Below, in pieces: positions 40,600-53,199 of a DNA stretch of 64,000 bases. Each line of letters starts with the position of its first letter. Positions within the stretch are counted from its first letter, which is position 1. Under the pieces are notes generated by a model. It did no database searches. It was given only the letters and a program-made list of their open reading frames with translations, and had not been told where the DNA came from. This DNA comes from Octopus vulgaris (taxonomy: Eukaryota): positions 214,458,001-214,522,000 of the forward strand of contig OX597815.1 of NCBI GenBank assembly GCA_951406725.2, read 5' to 3'. Both the position numbers and the translations under genes were made by a program.

Positions 40600-41400
40600 A
40601 GCAGTGCGATCCCCATTAAAGACTAAATTTACGACAAACACAGGGCTCCTCATGCAGTTCTACTTCACGTAATGTCCTGTAAGATGCAGCAGAGACGTTG
40701 TTCTCTCTGATAATCTCATCCAATCTGTGTATCACCTCAAGTATACATCTTTCATTTGCTGCATTCTGAGCCCGCACTGCGGCGGGGTGAACGCTGTCAA
40801 CAACATACAGTTGAGCAAACTGCCTCTGTTGGCCCTCAACAGGATTCATGTGTGAAGTTCTGTGATAAACTTGGCCGTGCACTCTGAAGCAGAATGGACC
40901 TCGTCCTTGTGGGTCATCAATGTGAGCATCCATATTCCGAAAGATAGAGTAGAGTTGTATGACATTATGTTTTCTTTGAAGTTACCATAATGTGGATGTT
41001 GAGGGTCTGACAACACAGATTGTAAATATGGTGGAAATCCTCTTCTAACTGGAGACAGAACTTGCCCTTTATGGCAGCAACTGTTAAAGCTTCCGTCTGA
41101 TAGTCACTCTGAAGCAAAATGTTTGGCTCTACAAAACTGACATAATGCGTTCAGGTCACCACAGTTATGAACTTGAATATTCTCTTCATTATAAGTGTGA
41201 TTATTTACTAAATTTACATGATTACCAACTCTTCGCCGCGGAACTCTCATGGCGTTCGCATTCTGCTGCATTCGATTATTTCTTCGTTCTTCTGTTTCAG
41301 TATTAATTAACTCTTCCATTCTTTTTCTCATTCGTTCTCTACGAACATTTGCTTCTTCTTCAATTTCATTCTCTAGGCTTAGTCTCTCATTCTCTCTCTT
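40600..41400 (-). pseudogene. Helitron RepHel N-terminal fragment
   Basis: HNCGDLNALCQFCRAKHFASE...CCHKGQV zinc finger; FKENIMSYNSTLSF; GRGPFCFRVHGQVYHR...FAQLYVVD. Confidence 0.88.
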
Positions 41401-41423
41401 CCCCCTCTTTCTCTATCTGTTAG

Positions 41424-41457
<34 letters not shown>

Positions 41458-42669
41458 AGACCCTCTCTCCTCTCAGCTGCTTGCACTTCCGTTTCACATT
41501 GGCGTCTTTGCGATGCTCTCTCTCTCTCTCTCTCTCTCTCTCGATTTCTCTCCTTTGTGCTACTTGCACTTCCGTTTCATCTTGTCGCCTTTGTGATACT
41601 CTCGTTCTTAGACCTTCTCTCCTCTCTGCTGTTTGCTAATCCGTTGCCTCTTGGCGCCTTTATTCTTAGACCTCACTCTTGTTCTTAGACACCTTCACAA
41701 CCCTATCATCGTTGCTAGACGCAGTAGGTCAGCCAGAATGTGCGAGCGGGAGAGAAAGAATTGAGGCTGCACCGGTACTTGACTGGTAGACATTACATCG
41801 GAGTAGGCTAGGGAAACGGAAAAAGAAGTGCATTGCTCGAGGAAACAAAGCGCCAGTTGTCCCAAGAATTGAACTCACAGTTTTGGTACCATGAAACGAA
41901 CACCCTTAACCACTAGACTGCGAGCCTTCATTTAACAAATGTCAGTGCTTATGAGATGAACGAGTATATCCTCTATTATTCTTGAAATGAATACAAGCAA
42001 TGGCTCCAATGTAAACTCAAATACCTTTCTATTGAAATATTATATAAATTGATGTTGGAAAGAAAATATAATAATGAGCGGAGGAAAACTGACAGAGAAA
42101 GGACAAATTGCTCTTCAGTTTAAAGGACAAATCATGGAGTGAGAGGAAGCATAATTAAAGCGGGCACAACACCAATTCCATGAAATAACAGAACATATTA
42201 TCCTAATAGTTCCTAATTTAGGCAAAGACCAGTATGTTTCAGGAGAGGGACCAATCGATACCAGCAACCTAAGTACTTGACTGCCAAGTTGACATCTCAG
42301 CGGTATTTGAATTTAGAAAGTAAACATGTGGATAAAATGCAGTAAAACATTTCCCGTTTCCGATCTGTTGACCAAGAATAAATGTTTCAAAGCATCCCTT
42401 CGCAACTGCTCTCATGCAGCTGCATCAACTTATCTTCTGGGGGTCATGAGATGCAGACCCTTTCGAAATAACATTGTAGCTTTGCTTCCCAACCCCGATC
42501 GACTTGGAGACAAGTAGATCTCGTACCAACTGAGAAAGGGCAATGCAGGCAAATGGATTGGAAATTCTGGCCTCGATGATGGTCACCACATCTATATCCA
42601 GTCACATGATGTCGTTAAAAAAGTGGCCTCGCTTGCAAGGTGACCCTTCAAGTCACTTGCATTTAGACT

Positions 42670-44640
42670 GTTTATTCTGAGTAAGGCCAACAGAAAGCGG
42701 GCGACAAAAAATGATTACCTACCTTGTTCCTATGGGAATATATGTGTTTCGTCACTCCGGCTGGCTTTGGCTGTTTCCACGAGCAGTTCCTTATAACATT
42801 TTTACATTCCATTTGAATTCTCCAGCTCTGTCAGGGTATTTGCTTTCTTATAAAGTTGTGTATGTTTTAAGTGGTTTGTATGCTTTTTTTTATGTTGCTG
42901 GTGTGATGAAATCATTCTGAGAAATGTCTGTGTTGATGGAGGTGTTTCATTTACTCTATGTTGTGTATATTTTTGGCAATGTAATTTACAAAGCTTCTTA
43001 GTAGTTGTTCTTGGTTTGAGTATATAATGAGTCTTGCTAGTGTTTATGATGATTGTTATCTCTGCAGTGGTGATGACTGTGATGATGTGTGATGGTGATG
43101 TTGTTGTTGTTGGTGGTGAGGGAGGAGGAGATGTTGCTGTGTTGTTGGAAGATGTTTCTATCACCTGTTTGCACCTCTTATCTTTTTTAACGTAACTTTT
43201 TTGTCTTTTTCTTTTTGCTTCTTTTATTTCCTTATTGCAATTTGCTTTCTTTTCGTCATCTTCCCCAGACATGTCTAGGGAGGGTCATATCTCAGGCAGC
43301 ATTCAGTTTCTGTTTTGGGTTTGATATCATTTAGGGACTTTCAGTTGCTGTTATTGGTGGCGATATGCTGTTTCCTGGGCGCAGTGTTTCTTCTGTTGGT
43401 TTTCTTAATTTCGTTTCCACTGTCGGTGAAGTCTATGTTGTTGTTACTGTTGCTGCTGTTACTGCTGATAATGCGGCTACAATTGTTGCCATGGCTACAC
43501 GCTGCTGTTTGTGTTTTGCTGTTGCAGTGATGATATAGATAAAAAGGAGGACCCTTCTTTACTTGTTTTTGTTGTTGTTTTTTGCTCTGAACACAAGGCC
43601 TTGAGATGGATTTTGTCACCACACATGTGTCACCACTTTCTGTCTCTTGTGGCCATATACAGTTTCGTACAGCCTAACAAGTTGATCAGGTTCGGGATAG
43701 ATCCTATACTTTCTCAATCCATTTGAATCAACACTTCCAGGCCTTAGCCTCCCTAATTTTGCTTCTCGTCCTCTATGTTGGAGAGAATCACTCCACCAAC
43801 CAACAGATGTTTACTTCTCGGGACACATCGACTCATTTTTATTCTCACTTTCCAACGTTCAAGGTAGACTGGTACAAGGACTGATTCGTCGTCCTTTAAT
43901 GTTGTAGAGTGCTTCCTGGCATCATCCTCTATCGGCAATCTCACCTAAACCATGTCGTATTTTCACCTCCGAGCAACGTAAGTTTTGGTACCCCAGATAG
44001 CTCTGAGTCATTTTTCTATTGGTGGCTATGTCACTTGCTCTAATTTCCAGGTTTTCTACTTCTTGTTTTATAAGTTACAGTTTTGAGATTAGTTCCCTGT
44101 TTTCAGGATCCTGAAATGTTTAATTTTATGTTTCAGCCAGAATTAATGTGGTTTTTAATATTTCTTCATTCTTGAGACGTTAACTTAATTACATCCTCCT
44201 GTCGCATGACATTCACCATTTGCATTACTTTGGATTTGTTAATTGTGATGTCTTGATTTTCATTTCTGTTGGGGAAGGTGATGGAGATGGAATGTTAAGT
44301 GTGTTGAATCGATATCTGGGTTTTCTTCTTTCTATTTTTTTGTTGTTATTGTTTTAGTGCTCATTCTTGATATTGTTGTTGGTGGTGGTGGTCGCAGTAG
44401 TAGTAGTGGAAACGTTGCTTTCACATATCTTTCCATTTGTGTCGTTTTTGTCCGTTTTATTATTGTTGTATCAGTTGATTTTGCTATTGATGGTCAAATA
44501 CACTCTATTAACAGATTATAGTGGGAAATAAATAATAGTGGTGCTTGTTGGAACCGCTAAATACCCACTGGATTTGCAAAGGCATATTGTGTTTCTTAAT
44601 ATCTAATTTCTCTATTAAAATATTTTAAAATTTTCTCCCA
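42670..44640 (-). mobile_element. Old ORF1-type LINE copy (probable second HAL1-like element)
   Basis: YVARR.KYDMV.VRL..EDDARKHSTTLK..VLVPVYLER; decayed knuckle xHMCGDKIHLKALC; AATAAA near 42670; ends approximate. Confidence 0.55.
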
Positions 44641-44699
44641 AAGGGTGAAAATGCCACTAAGCCAATTTGCCTTAGAGCATCTGATTGATTTGATAAAAG

Positions 44700-45665
44700 C
44701 CAAAATTACTTTTTCACGACAAAAAATTTCTTCAACCTTCGCTCAAAAACAGCGTCTTTCACTTGCAAACACAATAGGCTGAACAACCTGAGAGAAGTGC
44801 GGCAACTGTTGTTGCAAAGAAGGTGAAATCAAAGGCAAAGAAAAAAGCACATGAACAATGAGCTAAGTGGGGGCAAAAAGCATTGCATAGCAAATATGTG
44901 GCCCATAGCAAAGAAGCTGATGTTTCTTTTGTTGGTTTTCTTGTTGATAGATGGGCGGATTCGAACAAGATCAACAATGGACTCGGCATTGTATTCTACA
45001 CCTCTCATCCCATAGAACCACACACACACACATTCATGTACATAAATGCATGTGCACACACACACACACACACACACGTACGCGTTCATCAGTGGATGTG
45101 GAGCTCAGGTCGAAAGGCAGAAAGTGAAAGGTTTATCTTAGCTGCTCCAGATCAAATTTTATTGACCCGGAACTACCAAGTCAATGTGATGAAAAATGGA
45201 GTAGACCCAAAGTGACGATTCTGCAACGATAAGATTCAAACAGTGAACCACTAATCTCTGGACGTAAAGTTTTAGCACCACTGGAGTGTAAATTAAGACA
45301 TGACAGAATTGGTCAATATCTATACTGGTTAATATTTTGACATTTTAAAATCAAAACTTGACAAATGGTATAATCACCACCCTGATGCTGTAACTGAGGG
45401 TGAAAATGTAACGATTTTATGGGACTTTCCAGTACACACAGATTGAAGCATTAAAGCTAATAAACCGGATATTGTTGTGGAAGACCAAAACAATAAAGCC
45501 TGTTTATTGATTGACATGAGCATTCCTTGTGTTCATATCATGGCAAAAAAAAAAAAATTGGCAGGCTCAGAAAGTATAAAGATTTCCTCATTGAAATCTA
45601 AAAAATTTGGCATCTTAAGGCGGTTACAATACCAGTGATTGTAGGAACACTTGGAATCATCTTTT
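44700..45665 (+). pseudogene. Dong/R4-like LINE 3' fragment
   Basis: HQWMWSSGRKAESERFILAAPDQILLTRNY...LRHD...WYNHHPDAVTEGENVTILWDFPVHTD...ANKPDIVV; (TAA)n follows at 45761-45812. Confidence 0.88.
44940..45077 (+). repeat. ~135-bp direct repeat of 47018-47154
   Basis: cttgttgatagatgggcggattcga...cccatagaacc(AC)n ttcatgtacataaatgca in both. Confidence 0.9.
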
Positions 45666-45760
45666 AATGGCCTATCAATGTATACAGTGAAATTTCTTTA
45701 CCCTAGGTGTTGATTAGAAACTCGGCAAAAAAATGGAAACAAAATTCGATGAAGACAAGC

Positions 45761-45813
<53 letters not shown>

Positions 45814-45814
45814 G

Positions 45815-46140
45815 CCTTGATGCAATATTAGGCAGTATGAGAATAACTGATGAGAACATAAACCTGCCAAAGTAACAGAAAAGATATCACCGTTCTTTGG
45901 GACCTTAGTATTCAAACTGATCGATCCCTTCAGACCAATAGTCAAGATATTGCGCTAAAAAATATCGTTCACAAACCTGCCTGATCATAGGTATGTCAAT
46001 CCCAGCTGACTGCAACACTGGAAAAGTTAGGCAGATACAAGGGCCTTGAAATAGCGGTCTCAAAACTTTGGCATCTAAGAACAACTGTACCTATATTTAT
46101 CGAAACTTTGGGAACAATATCAAATAGCGCTCTTAACAAT
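45815..46140 (+). pseudogene. Further Dong/R4-like endonuclease fragment
   Basis: EHKPAKVTE...LWDLSIQTDRSLQTNSQDI...MSIPAD. Confidence 0.65.
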
Positions 46141-47522
46141 ATGACCAAATACCAAGAAAACTGTTCTCATGGGTATAACCCACCGCCTGAGAAAGACATT
46201 GTCAACCTGAAAATACCTGATTCTATTAAAACGCTTTCAAAACTGAAATATTACAAATTTGAAAAGAATCTTAGTTCTCAGATTCTGGTCTCCTTTTCCT
46301 ACAATACATCGTTGCTAATCATAAATAACACCAATAGGAAAAGGTTCAATTTGCTATTACTAGAGGTCTCTGTGTGAAGCGTGGAGCAGCCCGTATAAAA
46401 CAAAACAACGACCAAGCAAATTATCAATAATAATGATAAAGTAAAAGTAAATACTGTGTTAAGATTTGTCAAATATTTGTCAAAATTGTGTCAAATCAAA
46501 TCGGGAAATAATCGATATTTTTATGCCATTACAGCAATAAGAAGACGACCACAAATCGAATAAGACATTAGTGTAAATTTCTTGTCTGCTCTTGTATCGT
46601 ATACATTCTTACTTTTCCCATGCATTGCTATTTGCTTTATTTTGTTTCTTTGTTTTTAGTACAACTCCGACCACAACAACAGCATCGATGGTCATAACAA
46701 CAACAACAACAACAGCAGCAACAACGGCAACAGGAGTTACAGTAGCAGTAGTTGAGATAAGTAGCTCATATAGCGAGAGGATCAATATGAGTACAGCCTC
46801 TACTAGAGGGAGAATAGTACCAGATAGTAGTTATTCAATTGGTAGACATGACTCATCGCTATCGGAAAAACGAAATTTTATGGTGTTTGAAAGAATTGTT
46901 CTTTATTAAGATTAGTATTGTTGTTGTTGTAGTTGTTGTCGTTGCTGGTTTTGTTTATTGTTTTATTTTTCTAACTTTTTACCCCCAACTCATTTCTAAA
47001 AATGGAAATTACGTACACTTGTTGATAGATGGGCGGATTCGAGCAAGATCAACAATGGACCCAGCCATGTATTCTACACCTCTCACCCCATAGAACCACA
47101 CACACACACACATTCATGTACATAAATGCATACGCACATACACACACACACACACTCATATGCACACAGAGAGGAAAACATGCTAAAAGCCTTTTACGAG
47201 TAACTTGAATACATTACAATAAATGGATATTGTAGAAACAACTAAATAACTATTTATAAAAATCATTCAAAATTCTAAAAGATAATTCTAAGAAAGCAAA
47301 ATAAAGGGCCACTTCAAGCAAATATAATGTTTAGATGATGTACTTTATAAGTGAGGAAGTGTTTTACTAGGAATGTGGTTATGTCTTTCTCTTGCTATCG
47401 AACAAGATCATCTCTACTGCACTCTTGTACGAGAGTGTACGGCGATTTGCTAATAGCGGAATAACTCAGGTCTTGATTTTATATATAATGTTGTGTGCTG
47501 ACGGTTTTGTGATATGCAATCT

Positions 47523-47785
47523 GTAATAAAAATAAATGTGCCCTTTTAAAGCCTAGCCAGGTTCATGGGCCCAGTTTCCCGGTTTCAATGGCGTATGTGT
47601 CCCCCAGCTGGACGGGACGCCAGTCCATCGCAGCATTACTCATTTTTGCCAGCTGAGTGGACTGGAGCAATGTGGAATGAAGTGTTTTGCTCAAGAACAC
47701 AACGCCTCGCCCGGTTCGGGAATCGAAACCATAATCTTACGATCATGATGCTGACACCCTAACCACTAAGCCACGCGCCTCCACA
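47523..47785 (-). mobile_element. Full-length family-B/D SINE with 11-bp TSD
   Basis: TSD atatgcaatct at 47512-47522 and 47786-47796. Confidence 0.9.
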
Positions 47786-48077
47786 ATATGCAATCTAGTA
47801 AAAACTTAATCTAGACCCCTCACTAGACTAAGCTGGTGAAGATGATTGCTATGAATCCAGTATGACAAACACAAAGCCTGCCAAAAAGAACGGATGAACT
47901 AGGTTTATAGTCAACGACTCTAAAGCAACAGTGCACGAGGATTTAGAAATATTCGAGACGCTGAACGTGCACTTCAGCGACGGATAATCTTGTACTCTTT
48001 AGCCATGAGATGAAGGCAAAGCTGCTCATCCATGAGAAGATCACTCCGAATAATAAGCTAAGTCAAACAATTCCATC

Positions 48078-48306
48078 GGTGCCAGTTTGGCGCACGGTCT
48101 ACCGCAACGCCCATAGTCTATGCTCTGAAATGACCGGGTCTGAGTTAGGATTAGAGTTTAGGGTGAAGGTTAGGGTCTGGGTTTACGGTTTAGGGCTAGG
48201 GTTAGCGTTAAGGTTAGAGTTAAGGTTTGGGGTTAGGAGCAGAGTTAAGTTTAGACTACATACTAAAGTGCAAACAGCTACATAGACCACACGCGAAGGT
48301 GGCACC
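48078..48306. mobile_element. Old MITE-like element with degenerate (TTAGGG)n core
   Basis: GG-starting 23-bp imperfect TIR (17/23) around a decayed TTAGGG array at ~48140-48255. Confidence 0.5.
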
Positions 48307-48686
48307 ATATAATCTTTATTTACAACAAGTTGTAGTACTTAATGTTATTAATGTTTGCTTTGCTTGCGCCGATTTTGCATCTGAAGGAAGAAGGTGGTGA
48401 GATGTGAGGTTCTTTTAGCCCTAACGTTCTTATACATGTGCAGGTGTTGCTTTTTAATACAGATGACCGGTCCACATATAAGTTCAGTCAGCTTCTTGCA
48501 TGTACAGATAAAGCTTTTAATATATATGGTTTCTAGTTGTCAGGGTTTCTTTGATGCAATGTTCATTGCAGCCGTCTGGTGATCGTGAAATATGTCGTTC
48601 AATTCCAGTAAGTGATTCTCTTCACATTTTGTTTCATTTAAGGAGTATTTTATGCAATATATGCATTCATTATAGCTTCATTTGCA

Positions 48687-48890
48687 AGGCGGCGAGCTGG
48701 CAGAAACGGTAGCACGCCGGACGAACTGCTTAACATTATTTCGTCTGTCTTTACGTTCTGAGTGTTCAAATTCCGTCGGAAGTCGACTTTGCCTTTCAAC
48801 CTTTCGGGGTCGATAAATTAAGTACCAGTTGCGTACTAATCGACTGGCCTCTCCCCGAAAAATTGCGGGCCTTGTGCCTAGAGTAGAAAA
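48687..48890 (+). mobile_element. Family-A SINE
   Basis: Complete head and body; flanked by repeated ttatagcttcatttgca (TSD). Confidence 0.9.
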
Positions 48891-49419
48891 GATTTTTATA
48901 GCTTCATTTGCATTTAAGCAACTGCTTAAAAAAGTTTACTTTCAAATTTCTTCATAGTTCGAAGGAATCAAAAACACGTATGTATGTGTATATAACTGTG
49001 TGTGTCTTACAGAATTATAAATCTATTTCTATAATTTCAGCCCTTCTGTCTTTCCAAAGTTTTTTTCTCCTTTTTATTAAATCTCGTGGATTGTAACTGA
49101 AACTCGTAAGCTGATTGCGACAAAATATTATAAAATTGACTCTGCTCCCAGAACTACTGAGTACTGTATGTAGTAAGCGAAAAAATCGTTTTTACGAACA
49201 AGCATATTATATACAAATATAAATTCATATATACACGAAAAACATACACATATAATTATAGATAGATAGAGAGAGAGATAGATAGATATGATCATATATA
49301 CATACATATACAGATACATATGTGTGTAATATATATGGTATATATGTGTATATGTGGGGAGGGTTTGTGTATGTAAATATGTATGTATGTACGTGTGACT
49401 GTATGTATGTAAATATATT

Positions 49420-49842
49420 GTGACCTCCTTCGATCATGAATGACCATGGGATTGCACCTAGAAAGTTACCCTCCGAGGAACATGTCTGGGCAAGGTTGTT
49501 TATGGAAGACCAGAAGTCGCCCACACATACCAGTCTCTCCTCTCCACACCACCGATGTTATCCAATACAGCTTGGCACCAGTGACGTCACAACTCATTTA
49601 TACACGTGTACCCTTAACGTAGTTCTAGGGGAGATTTAGAGTGACACAGAGTGTGACAAGGCTGGCCATTTGAAATACAAGTACAACAGAAACAGAAAGA
49701 GTGAGAGAAAGTTGTGGTGAAAGAGTACAGCAGGGTTCACCACCACCCCCTGCTGGAGCCTCGTGGAGCTTTAGGTGCTTTTGCTCAATAAACACTAACA
49801 ATGCCCGGTCTGGGAATCGAAATCGCGATACTACGACCGCAC
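49420..49842 (-). mobile_element. Nested or chimeric family-B and family-D SINE pieces
   Basis: 49420-49600 matches 50985-51180; 49700-49842 matches the family-B head and body. Confidence 0.8.
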
Positions 49843-49845
49843 CTC

Positions 49846-49906
<61 letters not shown>

Positions 49907-50091
49907 TTTATAAAAATATGGTAAAGTGAAATAATTTACTTTACCACACACCGAGCTTTTTAGAAATAGCAGCCAAAAGTTTGGCTATTTCTTCTACTGC
50001 AAGAAAAAGTCTCCCAGACAATGCATACTCAGAAATAAGTCACATAGGTATAAGGGAAAAAAACAACGAAAGATCACATCCATATAAGATA

Positions 50092-50154
50092 TCCGAGGAC
50101 AGCCTGTTTCTGGATTAGTTGATTAAACGCCAACATTTCCTTCATCAGCTCAGA
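50092..50154 (-). ncRNA. Type-I hammerhead ribozyme, intact core
   Basis: tctgag-CTGATGA-a-gga...tcc-a-GAAAC-aggct-GTC-ctcgga. Confidence 0.85.
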
Positions 50155-50585
50155 GATTTCTTCTGATTTAGATTTGAAAGTACTAAGAATCAAACATACC
50201 CGTCCGATATATGTAACACCGGACAAACCATGCCAGACCACCAGTACTAGCGAATCCCAAAATACAAATGAGATCTAGTATTCTCCCTGTCCACCCACGT
50301 GAGTCACAGAGTAGTGCATTCCTACAGAGGCAAAACTGTAGTTCAAATTCTTGGGGAGAAAGCATTATATTGTCAATAAAAAAGGGTAGAATTAATTAAT
50401 TATTAATTAATTCGACCGAGCAGTGTTCGGTATGTAAAAAGACCATTTACGGTATATTTGAAATATCACTTTATAAAAATAGGGTAAAGTGAAATAATTT
50501 ACTTTACCACACACCGAGCTTTTTAGAAATAGCAGCCAAAAGTTTGGCTATTTCTTCAACTGCAAGAAAAAGTCCCAGACAATGC

Positions 50586-50650
50586 ATCTGAGCTGATGAA
50601 GGAAATGTTGGCGTTTAACCCACGAATTCAGAAACAGGCTGTCCTCGGAT
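50586..50650 (+). ncRNA. Type-I hammerhead ribozyme, intact core
   Basis: atctgag-CTGATGA-a-gga...ttc-a-GAAAC-aggct-GTC-ctcggat; predicted cleavage after C50643. Confidence 0.85.
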
Positions 50651-50832
50651 ATCTTATATGGATGTGATCTTTCGTTGTTTTTCCCTTATACCTATGTGAG
50701 TTATTTCTGAGTATGCATTGTCTGGGAGACTTTTTCTTGCAGTTGAAGAAATAGCCAAACTTTTGGCTGCTATTTCTAAAAAGCTCGGTGTGTGGTAAAG
50801 TAAATTATTTCACTTTACCATATTTTTATAAA

Positions 50833-50903
<71 letters not shown>

Positions 50904-50977
50904 CATATATATATACATATATATATATACAAATATATACATACATATATATATACATACATATACATACATATATA

Positions 50978-51691
<714 letters not shown>

Positions 51692-51818
51692 TATATTATA
51701 TTAAATTAGAGACAAAACCACTATTGTGCAAATCAAACAATGAAAGACTTAAGCCAATACATAAATTAATTTATATTATTTAGATATGTAACAATTATTA
51801 AAAAAATATAATTAATAT

Positions 51819-51881
51819 CCACTACGATCGTTTCCTGTCTTCTGTCATCAAATTTTTGAGTAGCAGACATTCATCAGGTGG
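51819..51881 (-). ncRNA. Minimal type-I hammerhead ribozyme
   Basis: Reverse complement of 51949-52011. Confidence 0.85.
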
Positions 51882-51948
51882 TTTCAAATTTTTCTTGGCG
51901 AGTTTTAAACAATGAACTCGTTTAAAACTCGCCAAGAAAATTTTGAAA

Positions 51949-52011
51949 CCACCTGATGAATGTCTGCTACTCAAAAATTTGATGACAGAAGACAGGAAAC
52001 GATCGTAGTGG
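51949..52011 (+). ncRNA. Minimal type-I hammerhead ribozyme
   Basis: ccac-CTGATGA-a-tgtct...agaca-g-GAAAC-gatc-GTA-gtgg; palindromic ACGATCGT stem III; predicted cleavage after A52007. Confidence 0.85.
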
Positions 52012-52014
52012 ATA

Positions 52015-52531
52015 TCTATATATATAAAACTGTAGTTGTGTGAGTGTCTGTCTCCTACGATTTAGATTCCTAACTCCTCCCACATTTTGCGGTGCAGTTT
52101 AACCAAATTCGAGTATCTTATAGTCGTGATTAATATCGAGCCCGTCTGGCTATTAGCGCGCGTCTACGATGAGTCTACGATTTTAAAAATAATTTAACAT
52201 CATTTTTTATTCCATTTTAATGCATAATTTTTCGTGTGTCGATGGCGGCGGAGTTGGCGTCCACACTCAAACACCTGCACCTGTGTTTGCTTCTCCCCGT
52301 TCTTCCCTCCCTCGTGAAGCTGTGGGGAAGGGAGTTTAAGGAAATCAACGTCGTAATGCGTTGTCAAGGAGACCAGCGTTCTTTTAGAACAACGACTTCA
52401 TGGCTTGAAGACACCAAAACAGAAATGGCTAAGAAAGCCCGAATTGGCATCTATAAGGGAAGTGACTCTCTAAAAATGCTTATATAGTTATTTCCCTTAC
52501 AAACCCGAGCAACGCCGGGCGATACTGCTAG
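52015..52531 (+). mobile_element. Complete 517-bp non-autonomous Helitron
   Basis: A|TC...cccgagcaacgccggg hairpin...CTAG|T, no TSD; removal restores the host palindrome exactly. Confidence 0.95.
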
Positions 52532-53199
52532 TTAATTATATTTTTTAATAATTGTTACATATCTAAATAATATAAATTAATTTATGTATTGGCTTAAGTC
52601 TTTCATTGTTTGATTTGCACAATAGTGGTTTTGTCTCTAATTTAATATAATATAATATTTTACTATAAAATTGGATTCAATCCTAAATCTGATTTTTCCC
52701 TGTAAGTTTGGATTTATTCCCTAATATTTATTATACAAATATATATATATACATATATACATATATATATATAGATATATATATACATATATATATACAT
52801 AAATATATATATATATATATATTATGTATGAATGTATGTACATGTGTGTGTGTGTGTTTGTGTTTATGTCTGTACCCCCACAACCACTTGACAGCTGTTG
52901 TTTATTTCTTTGCTACGTATCTGGAACACTACGGTACAGTAAAAGAATGCCATAGACAAAAGTACCGGGCTTTAGCAAAAAAGTAAGTTGTGGAGTCGGT
53001 TTGTTCGACTTAATCTTTCAAGGATGTATCCTAGCATGACCGCCATCCATGACTGAAGCAAACAAAACATAAAGAACATCATAGTCCTCAATAAACTATG
53101 ACATACTATGGAATGGTTACACCTGAGCATGCGCTTGATCAAAAAATCAGTTCGATCTCGGCTGACCTGGAAATAAACATCAACATTTTATGTTAAGTA

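Larger units (their letters stand above)
49904..50835. mobile_element. Non-coding Penelope/retrozyme-like element: partial tandem of a ~563-bp unit plus an inverted copy
   Basis: 49905-50025 repeated at 50468-50587; 49904-50154 inverted at 50587-50835; hammerhead in each inverted arm; flanked by (TA)n. Confidence 0.85.
51692..52735. mobile_element. Near-perfect fold-back Penelope-like element (~219-bp arms, 9-bp spacer, ~80-bp one-sided tail) interrupted by a Helitron
   Basis: 51692-51910 is the reverse complement of 51920-52014 + 52532-52654. Confidence 0.88.
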
